Shown here: positions 46,212 to 55,101 of the stretch, one piece after another
Numbering within the stretch: position 1 is the first letter of the stretch
Layout: the number at the start of each line of letters is the position of its first letter
Virus record (IMG/VR): IMGVR_UViG_3300013121_000035
Coordinates: 40,203-104,202 of that record
Direction: 5' to 3' (one strand)
Length of the DNA stretch: 64,000 nucleotides
From: a virus
Taxonomy: Duplodnaviria > Heunggongvirae > Uroviricota > Caudoviricetes
The notes under the pieces: model-generated
What the model was told of the DNA's origin: nothing
Database searches by the model: none
What the model saw: only the letters and a program-made list of their open reading frames with translations
Program-made: the position numbers and the translations under genes

Positions 46212-47038
46212 GGCAGCGTCCAGGTGAGCTCGGGCAGGTCCAGCCACGCCCACGACCGATCCGCCTCGATGTTGCTGGCCAACCCCACCACCCGCGTCGT
46301 GCCGCCAGGGTGGGTGACCTGGTCGGTGTAGAACGCGTGGAAGTGGCCGTGGAACTGCACGACCGGGCGGGTGTGGTCCACGATCTGGCGGACCCGCTGG
46401 CGGTTGGCATCCGACGCGCGGATCGAGCGCATCCCCGGTGGGATCGCACCTAGCGGCGCGTCGTGGGTGAGCAGCACATCGGTGCGCCCACCACGGCAGG
46501 CGCGGCGCACGTCGTCGTCGGTCAGCTCCTCCTCCGGCCACCAGCTCAACCCTGGCACCCGCCACTTCTTGTCGATCGAGTACGCCCCGCCCACCGCCAG
46601 GAACCGCACCCCCTGCCACGTCCACCGATGCCCACGCGGCAGGTAGGCGATGTGGTCGCGGATCGGCCACGTCCCATCCGGGTTGACCAGATGCTCGTGC
46701 GGGGCGTCTTGCTCGTGGCCGGCGCGCTTGCAGCCTGGCACCCGCGCCGGCTGATACTGCTGGCGTAGCCACTGATGGTTCTCATGGTTGCCGTCCAGCC
46801 ACAGCAGCCCCATCTCGAAGCTCGCGGCGAGCTCCTCGACGTGGTCCAGGTACTCAACTCCAGCGTCGGTGTGCTCCCAGAACCCGAAGTCGCCCAGCTG
46901 CACGATCACGTCCGCGTCGGCCTCGGCGACCTCGAACAGCTTCTGCACATGCCAGATGTCGGCGTGGGTGTCACCGGCGAGCAGGACCCGGCGAGGGTTG
47001 AGCGTGGCGGTGAACGACCCGGTGGTAGTCACGGCCAT
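46208..47038 (-). CDS. calcineurin-like metallophosphoesterase
   Basis: GDTHAD, GDFGF, LDGNHENH, THD and GHFH motifs form the MPP signature. Confidence 0.65.
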   Translation of the reverse strand: MAVTTTGSFTATLNPRRVLLAGDTHADIWHVQKLFEVAEADADVIVQLGDFGFWEHTDAGVEYLDHVEELAASFEMGLLWLDGNHENHQWLRQQYQPARVPGCKRAGHEQDAPHEHLVNPDGTWPIRDHIAYLPRGHRWTWQGVRFLAVGGAYSIDKKWRVPGLSWWPEEELTDDDVRRACRGGRTDVLLTHDAPLGAIPPGMRSIRASDANRQRVRQIVDHTRPVVQFHGHFHAFYTDQVTHPGGTTRVVGLASNIEADRSWAWLDLPELTWTLP

Positions 47039-47274
47039 CCGACCGCCTCCACCCCGAACCGGCGCGCGACGGCACGCACGTCATCGACGTGGCGCAGCGC
47101 GTTGGCCAGCATCAGCCGGGCGTAGTCCAACTGCTCGTCGCGCGCTTCGACGGTGTAGCACCCGTCGGCCTCGGCCAGGCCGTACGCGGCGTCGCGCAGG
47201 CTGGCGCCCATCGCCTCCAGCGTGAGCGCGTCGGCGCGCAGCTGGGCATCCACGATGTGTTCTGGTTCGGTCAC
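47029..47274 (-). CDS. hypothetical protein (81 aa)
   Basis: Track ORF. Overlaps the phosphoesterase start by 10 nt. Confidence 0.4.
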   Translation of the reverse strand: MTEPEHIVDAQLRADALTLEAMGASLRDAAYGLAEADGCYTVEARDEQLDYARLMLANALRHVDDVRAVARRFGVEAVGWP

Positions 47275-47507
47275 CGCTCACCGCCGTCAGGCGTGCCAAG
47301 CTCACGGACGACCTGACCGGGAATCATGCTGCCCGGCTCGCCAGGGGCGGCCAGCGACGGCGGGATGCCGCCGGTCATGTCCGACTCCCACCCGCGGTCG
47401 GGAGACTCGGCGATCAGCTCGGCGAGCTGATCGGTCAGGCGGTCCAACGCGCTTTCCTCGATGTTCATCAGGTCGATCGTGATGCGGTAGAACGGGATCT
47501 TGGTCAC
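47271..47507 (-). CDS. hypothetical protein (78 aa)
   Basis: GTG start with GGGGGGGC RBS (VTKIPFYRITIDLMNIEE...). Confidence 0.35.
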   Translation of the reverse strand: MTKIPFYRITIDLMNIEESALDRLTDQLAELIAESPDRGWESDMTGGIPPSLAAPGEPGSMIPGQVVRELGTPDGGER

Positions 47508-48202
47508 GCAGCCCCCCCATCGTCTTGCAGGCGGGACCGAAACACCTGCTCCAACGCTTCCAGCCACACGCGTGACTCCTCCACGCACGCGACCAGCTCC
47601 TGTAGTTGCTGACGCACCCGCGCCAGCCCATCCACCGCGTCCACTCCGGGACGCGGGTCTTGCAGCAGGCCCATCACCGTAGTGACCGCCTGGCGGAAAT
47701 CAGCGAACGGATTGATGACCGCTGGCTGGCGGGCGATCACCCCAAGCTGCTCCAACAACGCCGGGGTTGCGCGGATGATCCCCTGGCGCACCCGCTGCCA
47801 GCCCGGCTGCATCGCCCATTGGCCGGCGAGCTCGTTCGCGCGCCGCCACGCCTGGTCGTGCTCCTGGAAGTACTCGGTGATGCCTACCGTTCCCGGCTGA
47901 CCGTCGGGAACCTCCACTGAGATCACCCGGTACCACGCCGGCTCGCGCAGCTCCCGAGCCAGGTAGACCACGTGGTGGCGTCCGCCGCTGGGATGGCGCA
48001 GCAGCCAGTGCTCCACGTCGCTGACCAGGTCGGTGCTGACCACGACCTCGTCAGTGCTCCTCGCCCGGTCGCTCGGCTGGGAACCGCCGGTGATGTTGAC
48101 CCCGTTCTCCTGCCAGGTCTGCCAGATTGCCCGGTCGCTCGGCTGGGAACCGGCGTCACCGGCCTTCACGATCTGCCCGTCGGTCTTCCAGATGTAGTCC
48201 AT
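47504..48202 (-). CDS. hypothetical protein (about 232 aa) with internal duplicated 22-aa segment
   Basis: Internal ATG (MDYIWKTDGQ...). Duplicated GSQPSDRA segment is encoded by a perfect 24-bp direct repeat. The start could be further upstream (48268). Confidence 0.45.
   Translation of the reverse strand: MDYIWKTDGQIVKAGDAGSQPSDRAIWQTWQENGVNITGGSQPSDRARSTDEVVVSTDLVSDVEHWLLRHPSGGRHHVVYLARELREPAWYRVISVEVPDGQPGTVGITEYFQEHDQAWRRANELAGQWAMQPGWQRVRQGIIRATPALLEQLGVIARQPAVINPFADFRQAVTTVMGLLQDPRPGVDAVDGLARVRQQLQELVACVEESRVWLEALEQVFRSRLQDDGGAA
48062..48151. repeat. perfect 24-bp direct repeat (gcccggtcgctcggctgggaaccg x2, 66-nt spacing) within CDS 47504..48202
   Basis: Seen directly in sequence at 48062-48085 and 48128-48151. 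Confidence 0.7.
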
Positions 48203-48230
48203 GTACTCCAAGCCAGCCCCCCCGCGGCGC

Positions 48231-48749
48231 TCACGCGGTCGCAAGCTGTTCGCGCAGCTTGGCCTCATACGCCCGTTCCAGTGTTGCCATCCATGTCGTG
48301 GCGTCCTCCATCCGCTGCGTCAGCACGGCCAGCTCCTCGCGGACCGTGTCCATCATGTGCATGTCGCGCTCGTCCAGCACCTCGCGGTCGTCCAGGTCGC
48401 CCTTGACGTCGGTCACTAGCGCGCGGAACAGCTGGAACGGGTCGTCGGTCGGCTCCGTGGCCCACCCGAAGATCTTCAGCAGCTGCGGAGTTGGCGCCTG
48501 CACCATGTACCCGGCCTCCCGCCAGCGCGCCCGCTGCCGGCGCTCCAGCAGGGCCTGCACCCACGCGGCCGCGCGGCTGGCCGTGTCGAACAGCTCCACC
48601 TTCGTCGACCCGGCCGAGCCGCGCGGCCCCTCGATGAGCGCAACCCGCCACCGGCCGTGATCGGCGGCGCCGGCCAGGTGCACGGTTAGGAATTGGTACT
48701 CACGGCGCACGGTGTCGTGATGGCGCAGCTCCCACGTCTCGATCTGCAT
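48231..48749 (-). CDS. hypothetical protein (172 aa)
   Basis: Internal ATG (MQIETWELRHHDTV...) with GGTGGCGGTG upstream. Confidence 0.4.
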   Translation of the reverse strand: MQIETWELRHHDTVRREYQFLTVHLAGAADHGRWRVALIEGPRGSAGSTKVELFDTASRAAAWVQALLERRQRARWREAGYMVQAPTPQLLKIFGWATEPTDDPFQLFRALVTDVKGDLDDREVLDERDMHMMDTVREELAVLTQRMEDATTWMATLERAYEAKLREQLATA

Positions 48750-48750
48750 G

Positions 48751-49086
48751 TCACACCGCCACCGGGTCGCCACGACGGCTGGTCAGGAACTGCGCGAGCT
48801 GGTAGGTCGCCGCAGCGGCAAGCTCCGCGCGCACCCGCCGGTCGGTGATGTGGTTGCGGGTGCAGATCCCATCCACCGCCCGGTTGATCAACGCTTCGGT
48901 GTCCATCGACTGGATCAGCTGGTGGCAGGCGTCGCCGACGACCCAGCTGTCCCCGGACACCAGCGTGTGCTCAGCGTCCACTGCCAGCACCTGCCCCGGC
49001 TCGACCGGATAGGACCAGCTGATTGACTCCTCCGCGCACAGGTCACACGTCGGGGGAGCGTCCACAGGCTTGGGGTTGTACGCCAT
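48751..49086 (-). CDS. hypothetical protein (111 aa)
   Basis: ATG with GGAGGG RBS (MAYNPKPVDAPPTCDLCAEE...). Confidence 0.45.
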   Translation of the reverse strand: MAYNPKPVDAPPTCDLCAEESISWSYPVEPGQVLAVDAEHTLVSGDSWVVGDACHQLIQSMDTEALINRAVDGICTRNHITDRRVRAELAAAATYQLAQFLTSRRGDPVAV

Positions 49087-49090
49087 CGCT

Positions 49091-50131
49091 TTAGCCCTCC
49101 ACCAGCATCGCAACCTGCTGCAGCTGCACGCGCACCAGGTCGATCGCGTCGCCGGCGTCTTCCAGCGCGGCGTCCAGGGTCTCGGTGTACTCCTGCGCCC
49201 GGTTGAGCACCAAGTCGTAGCGGGCCTTGAGCTTGGCGGCCCGCTCGGCGGTGATCGGGTTGTTGGCCTTGGTCACCGTCGCCAGCTCCGCTGACAGCTC
49301 CTGCAGCTGTTCACGGGTCTCCGACCGGAAGTCCTCGATCACCATCTCCCGCAGCCGCGGCAGGTCCAGGCACGGCACCAGTCGCATCGTGGAGGTCCCG
49401 CCGTAGCGTTCGACCAGCGTTGCCAGCCGCGCCAGCGTCTCGTGACGGGTCTTGGGCACGAAGTAGGTCCCGCCGGACTGGATCAGCCGTACCGCGTTCA
49501 GGTGTGGCCCGAGCAGGTACTCCCGCACGATCGAGCGCAGCTTGTCCGCGGCGTAGAAGTCGCACAGCTCGGAGTGGCGGCGCATCGTGCGGGCCATCAG
49601 GTCCTCCACGATGCCTTCCTCGAACGGGGCCAGCTGCTGGTCGCCGGTCGCCGGGTCGTGCACGAAGATCTGCTGCTTGATCCTGGTCGACGTCCGATCG
49701 GCCGCCTTGCCCCGCCCCGCCCGGTACAGCACCAGCTCACCGATCTTGGCCGAGTAGTGCAGCCGCTCCTTCTTGCCGTCGGTGATCTGGCGGACCAGGT
49801 GGTAGACCAGCCGCTCGGGGCTGGTCGCCACCTTGACGGCCGTCACCGTCGCGGTCAGCTCGCCTTTGCGGCCCACGTCGTAGGCGTGCTTGACCTCCGC
49901 GCAGGCACGCTCGAACGCGCCGAAGATCTTGATCGGCGGCGGCATGTACATCGCCGAGTCCAAGCCGAGCTCATCGAACCAGGACTGCAGCTTCTCGCGG
50001 GACACCTGGTGCGGCTCGGCGACACGGAACATCACCACCGAACCCAGCAGTGCCTCACTGCCAACTTGGGCGATGTCGTGTAGGTAGCGGTCCAGGTCGG
50101 CCGCGTGGGTTGCGTCTGTTGCCACGGTCAT
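49091..50131 (-). CDS. hypothetical protein (346 aa), no recognisable motif
   Basis: ATG with strong AAGGAGGG RBS. High GC3 throughout. Confidence 0.5.
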   Translation of the reverse strand: MTVATDATHAADLDRYLHDIAQVGSEALLGSVVMFRVAEPHQVSREKLQSWFDELGLDSAMYMPPPIKIFGAFERACAEVKHAYDVGRKGELTATVTAVKVATSPERLVYHLVRQITDGKKERLHYSAKIGELVLYRAGRGKAADRTSTRIKQQIFVHDPATGDQQLAPFEEGIVEDLMARTMRRHSELCDFYAADKLRSIVREYLLGPHLNAVRLIQSGGTYFVPKTRHETLARLATLVERYGGTSTMRLVPCLDLPRLREMVIEDFRSETREQLQELSAELATVTKANNPITAERAAKLKARYDLVLNRAQEYTETLDAALEDAGDAIDLVRVQLQQVAMLVEG

Positions 50132-50191
50132 ACGTGCTCCCTCCTTCGGGCGCGTCGGGACGCCCCCCGCCCCGACGTGGGTCGGAGGGGT

Positions 50192-50563
50192 CTACGGGGG
50201 GGTCAGGTCAGGGCGAAGATCACGCAGGTGCTTCACCCCGTCGATCACGGCGGCTTCCACATAGCGCAGCCGCCGCAGCGAGGAACTGGCCATCATCCGC
50301 TGGCCGGCGCGAATGCCACGCCAACGGGCATGGTCGGTCGGCCGCGGACGCATCGTCTCCGGCGGCAGGCCGCGCGCGACCCAGGAACGCTGACGTTCCC
50401 GCTCGGCGACCCGCAACGCCTTGCCGGGGGGGATCACGTCCATCCCAGCTTCGAGGACCTCCTCCAGCGGGTGCCAGTCACCATCGGCAAGCACCCGCAG
50501 CATCGCCAGCGATGCCGGGCTGAGCGTCACACGCGGGTGCGCCTTGTTCGGGTTACTTGCCAC
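50192..50563 (-). CDS. hypothetical protein, possible winged-helix DNA-binding (123 aa)
   Basis: Track ORF. LAMLRVLADGDWHPLEEVLEAG. Confidence 0.4.
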   Translation of the reverse strand: MASNPNKAHPRVTLSPASLAMLRVLADGDWHPLEEVLEAGMDVIPPGKALRVAERERQRSWVARGLPPETMRPRPTDHARWRGIRAGQRMMASSSLRRLRYVEAAVIDGVKHLRDLRPDLTPP

Positions 50564-51539
50564 GCAGCTTCTCCGCCAGCAGGCTCAGGCGACTGGCGGC
50601 GTCCTCCAGGTCGCGGATCATCTGCGGCCGCTCAGCGCTTGGCACCGACTCGACCACCGCAGCCTCGTCGAGCTTGCGGATGCCGCCGACGTACATGCGG
50701 ACCACATTGCGGGGGCTGCCGGTCAGGTCCATGACCCGCCCTTGGCGGCGGGTGGCGAGGTTGGCTTCCAACTGGTCCAGGTAGGCCCAGGTGTCTTCCT
50801 CGCTGCTCATCTTGTTGATGTCGGTCACCATCGTGAAGACCTCGGGGGACTTCATCCGCGTGTCGACCGCGAGCTGCGCGGCCCGCTCGAACCAGCGGTC
50901 CATCTTGATCTGGTTCAGCCGTGCCTGGGAGGAGTTGGCCAGGGACACAAACCCGCGGACCTTCAGCTTCTGCGCGCGGCGGATCGCGGCCTCCTTGTTG
51001 ACCGCGCCCTGCACCTTGCCCTTGGGCAACGCCAGCTGCCGGGCCGCCTCGTCAGGGCTCACCCCGGCGTTGCGGACCAGCCAGATCGCGTGGCTGACCC
51101 GCACCCGCTCCTCGGGGATCAGCCCGTTGTGGCCGTTGGCGGTCAACGTCATCGCCTGCAGCTTGATCGGGTCGGTGCCCGGCTCGACGACGTAGTGCGG
51201 GAACGACTCGAAGTCGTTGGACAACGCCGCCGCGATCCGGTTGTTCCCGTCGATCAGGATCAGCCCACCGACCGGATCGGGGTAGGAGACGACCGCGGGG
51301 AACTCCGTACCGTGCTCCATCAGCTCGGTGTAGGACTCCACCAGGTCGGGCACCAGCGCCTCGTCACGGGCCTGGTTCTGGCGGCTCTTGGCCAGGTTGA
51401 CCTTCTCCAGGGGGACTTCGGGGTCGTAGTACCACTCGACGTCCCAGTCCTCCAGCCACTGTTCGATGTCGGCGCGGCGGGCCGCGTCATCCAGCGGCGC
51501 GAGGTCGCTGGGGCCAAGCTGCTTGCGGGTGGATGCCAT
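50553..51539 (-). CDS. ParB/Sulfiredoxin-like N-terminal nuclease-domain protein (328 aa)
   Basis: LILIDGNNRIAAA matches the ParB GxxR box. About 200 aa of C-terminal helical extension. Confidence 0.55.
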   Translation of the reverse strand: MASTRKQLGPSDLAPLDDAARRADIEQWLEDWDVEWYYDPEVPLEKVNLAKSRQNQARDEALVPDLVESYTELMEHGTEFPAVVSYPDPVGGLILIDGNNRIAAALSNDFESFPHYVVEPGTDPIKLQAMTLTANGHNGLIPEERVRVSHAIWLVRNAGVSPDEAARQLALPKGKVQGAVNKEAAIRRAQKLKVRGFVSLANSSQARLNQIKMDRWFERAAQLAVDTRMKSPEVFTMVTDINKMSSEEDTWAYLDQLEANLATRRQGRVMDLTGSPRNVVRMYVGGIRKLDEAAVVESVPSAERPQMIRDLEDAASRLSLLAEKLRGK

Positions 51540-51559
51540 CGGCGGGAACCTCCGGATCG

Positions 51560-53188
51560 TCAGATCGTGCGGAACAGGTCGCCGGTGGTCGATTCCACAT
51601 CAATCAGGTCGACCACCGTGCGGGTGTTGTCGCTCACGGCGGCGATCTCGGGGGTGACATCGGTTGCGACCGCCACGCCGAAGCAGCGGAACCCGCTGCG
51701 GTCTTTGCGCTCATGCCAGCGGCGCAGAAACGTCGGGGAGATCGGCGCTTCACCGTCGGTGACGAACACGATGTCGCCATGCTGGCGCCCGGTGCCGCTG
51801 AACTCCCGCTCCAGGAGTCCACTGGCGACGTCCAGCGGTGCCTCAAAGTCGGTCCCCCCACCCCAGAAGTGCTCAGCGAGCGCAATTCGGTCGCTGATGG
51901 TAGACGCACCAGCACGAAACAGGAAAGTCTGGATTTGGTTGCGCGAGCTGAACAGGACACACGCGAAATCCCGCTTGGCCGTGCGCGCCTGGTCCAGCAG
52001 CGCAAGCGACAACGCCTTGCCCCACGCCTCCCGGCTCGGCTCGCGCATCTGCCAGCTGATCCCGCCGCCCATCGACCCCGAGCAGTCCAGCACGACCACG
52101 ATCGCGCCCTTGCCGATGCGTTCCTCGCCGCGTAGCTGGCCTTGCAGCAGGCTGCTCTCGGCGAACCGGCGCAGGAACTCGATCTCCAGGTCGTCGTCAG
52201 CCAGCAGCAGCAGCTCGCTGGGCAGCACCAGCCCCAGGTCGTTGCCGGTCACGATGTCGTGCAGCTCATCCACCCCGTGGACGACCTTGCGGGCACGCTC
52301 CGCCTGCGCCAAGGTCCGCATCCGCCCGATCAGCTCGCTGAACTTGCGCAGCTTGTCGCTCTGCAGCTGCTTGGCGAGCTGCTGACGCTGGCGGAAGTCC
52401 AGCTTCTGCAGCTCCCCGTCGCCGATGCCCCACGAGCGCATCGCCTCGGCCTGCTCGTCCAGGTCCTTGGTCGCCTGCTCCGCCGCCTCCCGTAAGCTCT
52501 TGGCGGTCTTGGCCTTCAACGCGTCGTTGGCGTCGTCCAGCAGCTCCCCGGCAGCCTGCGCTGTCGCAGCTGCCTGCTGCGCATCCGCCATCGCCTGCGC
52601 CAACTGCTGCGCGGCGTCCTCGGGCAGCGACCCGTCCTCGCCGGCTTGCTGCTGCGCCTGGTCGAGTTGCTCAGCCAGCGCCTGGGCTTGGGCGGCCGCC
52701 TCGGCCTGGGCACGCTCAACCTCCTCCGCGCGCTCCTCGGCCTCAGCAGCCTGGGTGAGCGCGTCCTCGATCGCCGGGCGCATCCCCAGCAGGCCCATCA
52801 CCGCGCCGTACTCGTCATGGATCGAATGCTGGCGTAGCGCCTCGATCTCACTGGTCTCCGACAGGTTGCCGACCACCGTGTGGTTGGTCCGCCACCGCGG
52901 GTGCATCTGGTCACGGTCGCGCCGTTCGGGGTAGTTCTTGTACAGCAGGTGGTACAGGTCGCGCAGCAGATCGCCGGTGTGGCCGTGATGTTCCCCCAAT
53001 TCCTCGGCCACATCGCTCAGTGCAGGCACCTCACCCAACAGTTCCTCGAACATCTGCGCGTCGAAGCGGTCGTGGCGGATCGCGTCGGTCGCTGTCGGGT
53101 AGACCTCCGCAACCGATGCCAGGAACGACTCAACCTCGCTGACCAGCTGCGCTCCATCAGGAGTTTGGTCCTCACTCACTGCGCACAC
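51560..53188 (-). CDS. von Willebrand factor A (vWA) domain protein with MIDAS motif and long coiled-coil N-terminal region (542 aa)
   Basis: C-terminal VVVLDCSGSMGG (DxSxS) and FVTDGE. Central AEAEERAEEVERAQAEAAAQ... coiled coil. Confidence 0.65.
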   Translation of the reverse strand: MCAVSEDQTPDGAQLVSEVESFLASVAEVYPTATDAIRHDRFDAQMFEELLGEVPALSDVAEELGEHHGHTGDLLRDLYHLLYKNYPERRDRDQMHPRWRTNHTVVGNLSETSEIEALRQHSIHDEYGAVMGLLGMRPAIEDALTQAAEAEERAEEVERAQAEAAAQAQALAEQLDQAQQQAGEDGSLPEDAAQQLAQAMADAQQAAATAQAAGELLDDANDALKAKTAKSLREAAEQATKDLDEQAEAMRSWGIGDGELQKLDFRQRQQLAKQLQSDKLRKFSELIGRMRTLAQAERARKVVHGVDELHDIVTGNDLGLVLPSELLLLADDDLEIEFLRRFAESSLLQGQLRGEERIGKGAIVVVLDCSGSMGGGISWQMREPSREAWGKALSLALLDQARTAKRDFACVLFSSRNQIQTFLFRAGASTISDRIALAEHFWGGGTDFEAPLDVASGLLEREFSGTGRQHGDIVFVTDGEAPISPTFLRRWHERKDRSGFRCFGVAVATDVTPEIAAVSDNTRTVVDLIDVESTTGDLFRTI

Positions 53189-53195
53189 CTCCCTC

Positions 53196-54398
53196 CTACT
53201 TGTCCTGCCAGATCTCGTCGGCGCTGTTCGCCGGCCGCATCCCCAGGCACTGGGTCCACACCTGGTTGGCGACCTCCAGGTGGCGGGCGATGATCTCGTC
53301 CAGCTTGGTCGTGGACCGGCCGGACTTGACCGCGTCGGCGCGTAGCTTCTTGAGCTTCTTGTGCATCGTGCGCATCTTGGCGTTGGCGTCGAACCCGAAC
53401 TTGTTCAGCTCGTCGCGCGCCTCACCGCCCAGATCCCGCAGCCGGGAGGCGAGCTCGTTGACGCTCTCCAGGATGATCACCGCGTCCTTCAGCTGCGGGC
53501 TGGCCAGCGTCAGTACCATCCGCTCCACCGGCTGGACCTGCTCGATCGTCTCCCACAGCGCGTAACGCAGGATGATCAGGTCTTCGTCGATGCACTGGGA
53601 ACGGCCGTTCAGGTAGGCGTGGGCTTGCACCAGCCGCACGCACTGTTTGAACCTGCGATCGGAGGGATGCATCCCCGCGCCGCGCATCTGGGTCCACAGC
53701 TTGGCCATCGCCTCGAAGATCGCGTCGGACACCGGCAACGCGGGCACCTCGACCCGCACCGCCTGCTCCAGCTCTGCCAGCGACACCGTCGTCGGGATGC
53801 TCGCCGGCGCGACCGCCGAGCGCAGCAGCTTGTCGAAGTTGCCTGGCTCCTCGATGTAGTTGACCGGGAACCGGACCAGGAAGCGGTCGAAGATCGCCGC
53901 GGTCTCCTCCGAGTCGGGCAGCTCGTTGGACGCACCCAGCACGCTCAGCGTCGGCGTGGCCACCGGCTGGGGGTTGTGGAAGATGTGCTCGTTGGCGATC
54001 GCCAGCAGGGCGTTCAGCACCGCCGAGCGGCCCTTCCAGATCTCGTCGATGTAGGCGATGTGCGCCTCGGGCAGCATCCCGTCGGTCACCCGCACGTAGC
54101 GGCCACGCTTGAACTCGTCGATGTCCAGCCCGCCGACGACCTCCTCCACCTGGGTGGTCGGCCACAGCAGCTTCTCGAAGTAGTGCGCGTCGGTGACTCG
54201 CTCGCAGAACGCGCGGATCAGCTGGGACTTCGCGGTCCCCGGCGGGCCGAGCAGGAACCCGTTGGCGTTGGCCAGCACGGTCACCGCCAACGCCTCGATC
54301 GCGCCGCGGCGCTCCAGGAACTCCTCGGTGAGCTCGGTGACGATCGCCTTCAGCTTGGCCTGCGTCGTCGCGGTTGGGGTCACGGTCACGGTGGTCAT
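53196..54398 (-). CDS. MoxR-type AAA+ ATPase (400 aa)
   Basis: Walker A GPPGTAKS and Walker B IAYIDEIWK. Sensor region ALLAIANE. Immediately upstream of the vWA partner gene. Confidence 0.65.
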   Translation of the reverse strand: MTTVTVTPTATTQAKLKAIVTELTEEFLERRGAIEALAVTVLANANGFLLGPPGTAKSQLIRAFCERVTDAHYFEKLLWPTTQVEEVVGGLDIDEFKRGRYVRVTDGMLPEAHIAYIDEIWKGRSAVLNALLAIANEHIFHNPQPVATPTLSVLGASNELPDSEETAAIFDRFLVRFPVNYIEEPGNFDKLLRSAVAPASIPTTVSLAELEQAVRVEVPALPVSDAIFEAMAKLWTQMRGAGMHPSDRRFKQCVRLVQAHAYLNGRSQCIDEDLIILRYALWETIEQVQPVERMVLTLASPQLKDAVIILESVNELASRLRDLGGEARDELNKFGFDANAKMRTMHKKLKKLRADAVKSGRSTTKLDEIIARHLEVANQVWTQCLGMRPANSADEIWQDK

Positions 54399-54877
54399 CT
54401 CTCCTCGCTCTCCGCAACGGCCGTTGCCGTTGCCAGGTCAGGGTCTTCCTCCGGTGGTAGGGGGCGCTGCTTGGCGCCCATGAACGGCGTGCTGCTCACC
54501 GCCGGCTCGCTCGGGTGGTAGCCCCACGGCAGCCGTTGCCCGGTGGTGTTGACGTACAGGTGGTACTGGTTGGCTGCGTCGACCTTGCGCGACTCCGCCG
54601 GGTACAGCTCGATCCCCTCAGCCTCGGGGCCGAAGATGTCGTTCTTGATCCGTTGGAAGTCACGCCAGTCGCGGATCGCCGCCCGGTTGTTGTGGCGGAT
54701 CGACAGGTGCGCCCACCCGTCCATGTCGGTCGGCTCCACGATCACCGTGTACTTGTCGTTCTTGAACATCCGCGCGCCGCGTGCGAAGAACCGCTCGATC
54801 ACGTCCGGCTGGATCGGAGCGGCGGGCGCCATCCGCTGCCACGGGCGGGGAGTGTTGGACTTGCGCTGCTTGCCCAT
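54395..54877 (-). CDS. hypothetical protein (160 aa)
   Basis: Track ORF. ATGA overlap with the MoxR start. W/H/R-rich. Confidence 0.45.
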   Translation of the reverse strand: MGKQRKSNTPRPWQRMAPAAPIQPDVIERFFARGARMFKNDKYTVIVEPTDMDGWAHLSIRHNNRAAIRDWRDFQRIKNDIFGPEAEGIELYPAESRKVDAANQYHLYVNTTGQRLPWGYHPSEPAVSSTPFMGAKQRPLPPEEDPDLATATAVAESEER

Positions 54878-55101
54878 CAGCTCACCTTCGCCTCACGCTC
54901 GCGGACCTTGCCCAGCAGCACCTCCAGGTCCTTGATGATCCCGCCGAGCGTCTTGGCCTCACGGGCGAATCCGGCCGCGGTCAGCGCCTTGTGGGCCTTG
55001 TCCAGCGACGGGAACGCCGTGTTGATCGCTGTCTTGGCCCTGGACGCCTGCCGTGCCGGGCTCAACCTGGCCTCACTGGTCGCCATGCTTCCTCCCTTCA
55101 C
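54877..55101 (-). CDS. hypothetical small protein (74 aa)
   Basis: Track ORF between the ligase gene and the 54395..54877 gene. Confidence 0.35.
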   Translation of the reverse strand: MKGGSMATSEARLSPARQASRAKTAINTAFPSLDKAHKALTAAGFAREAKTLGGIIKDLEVLLGKVREREAKVS

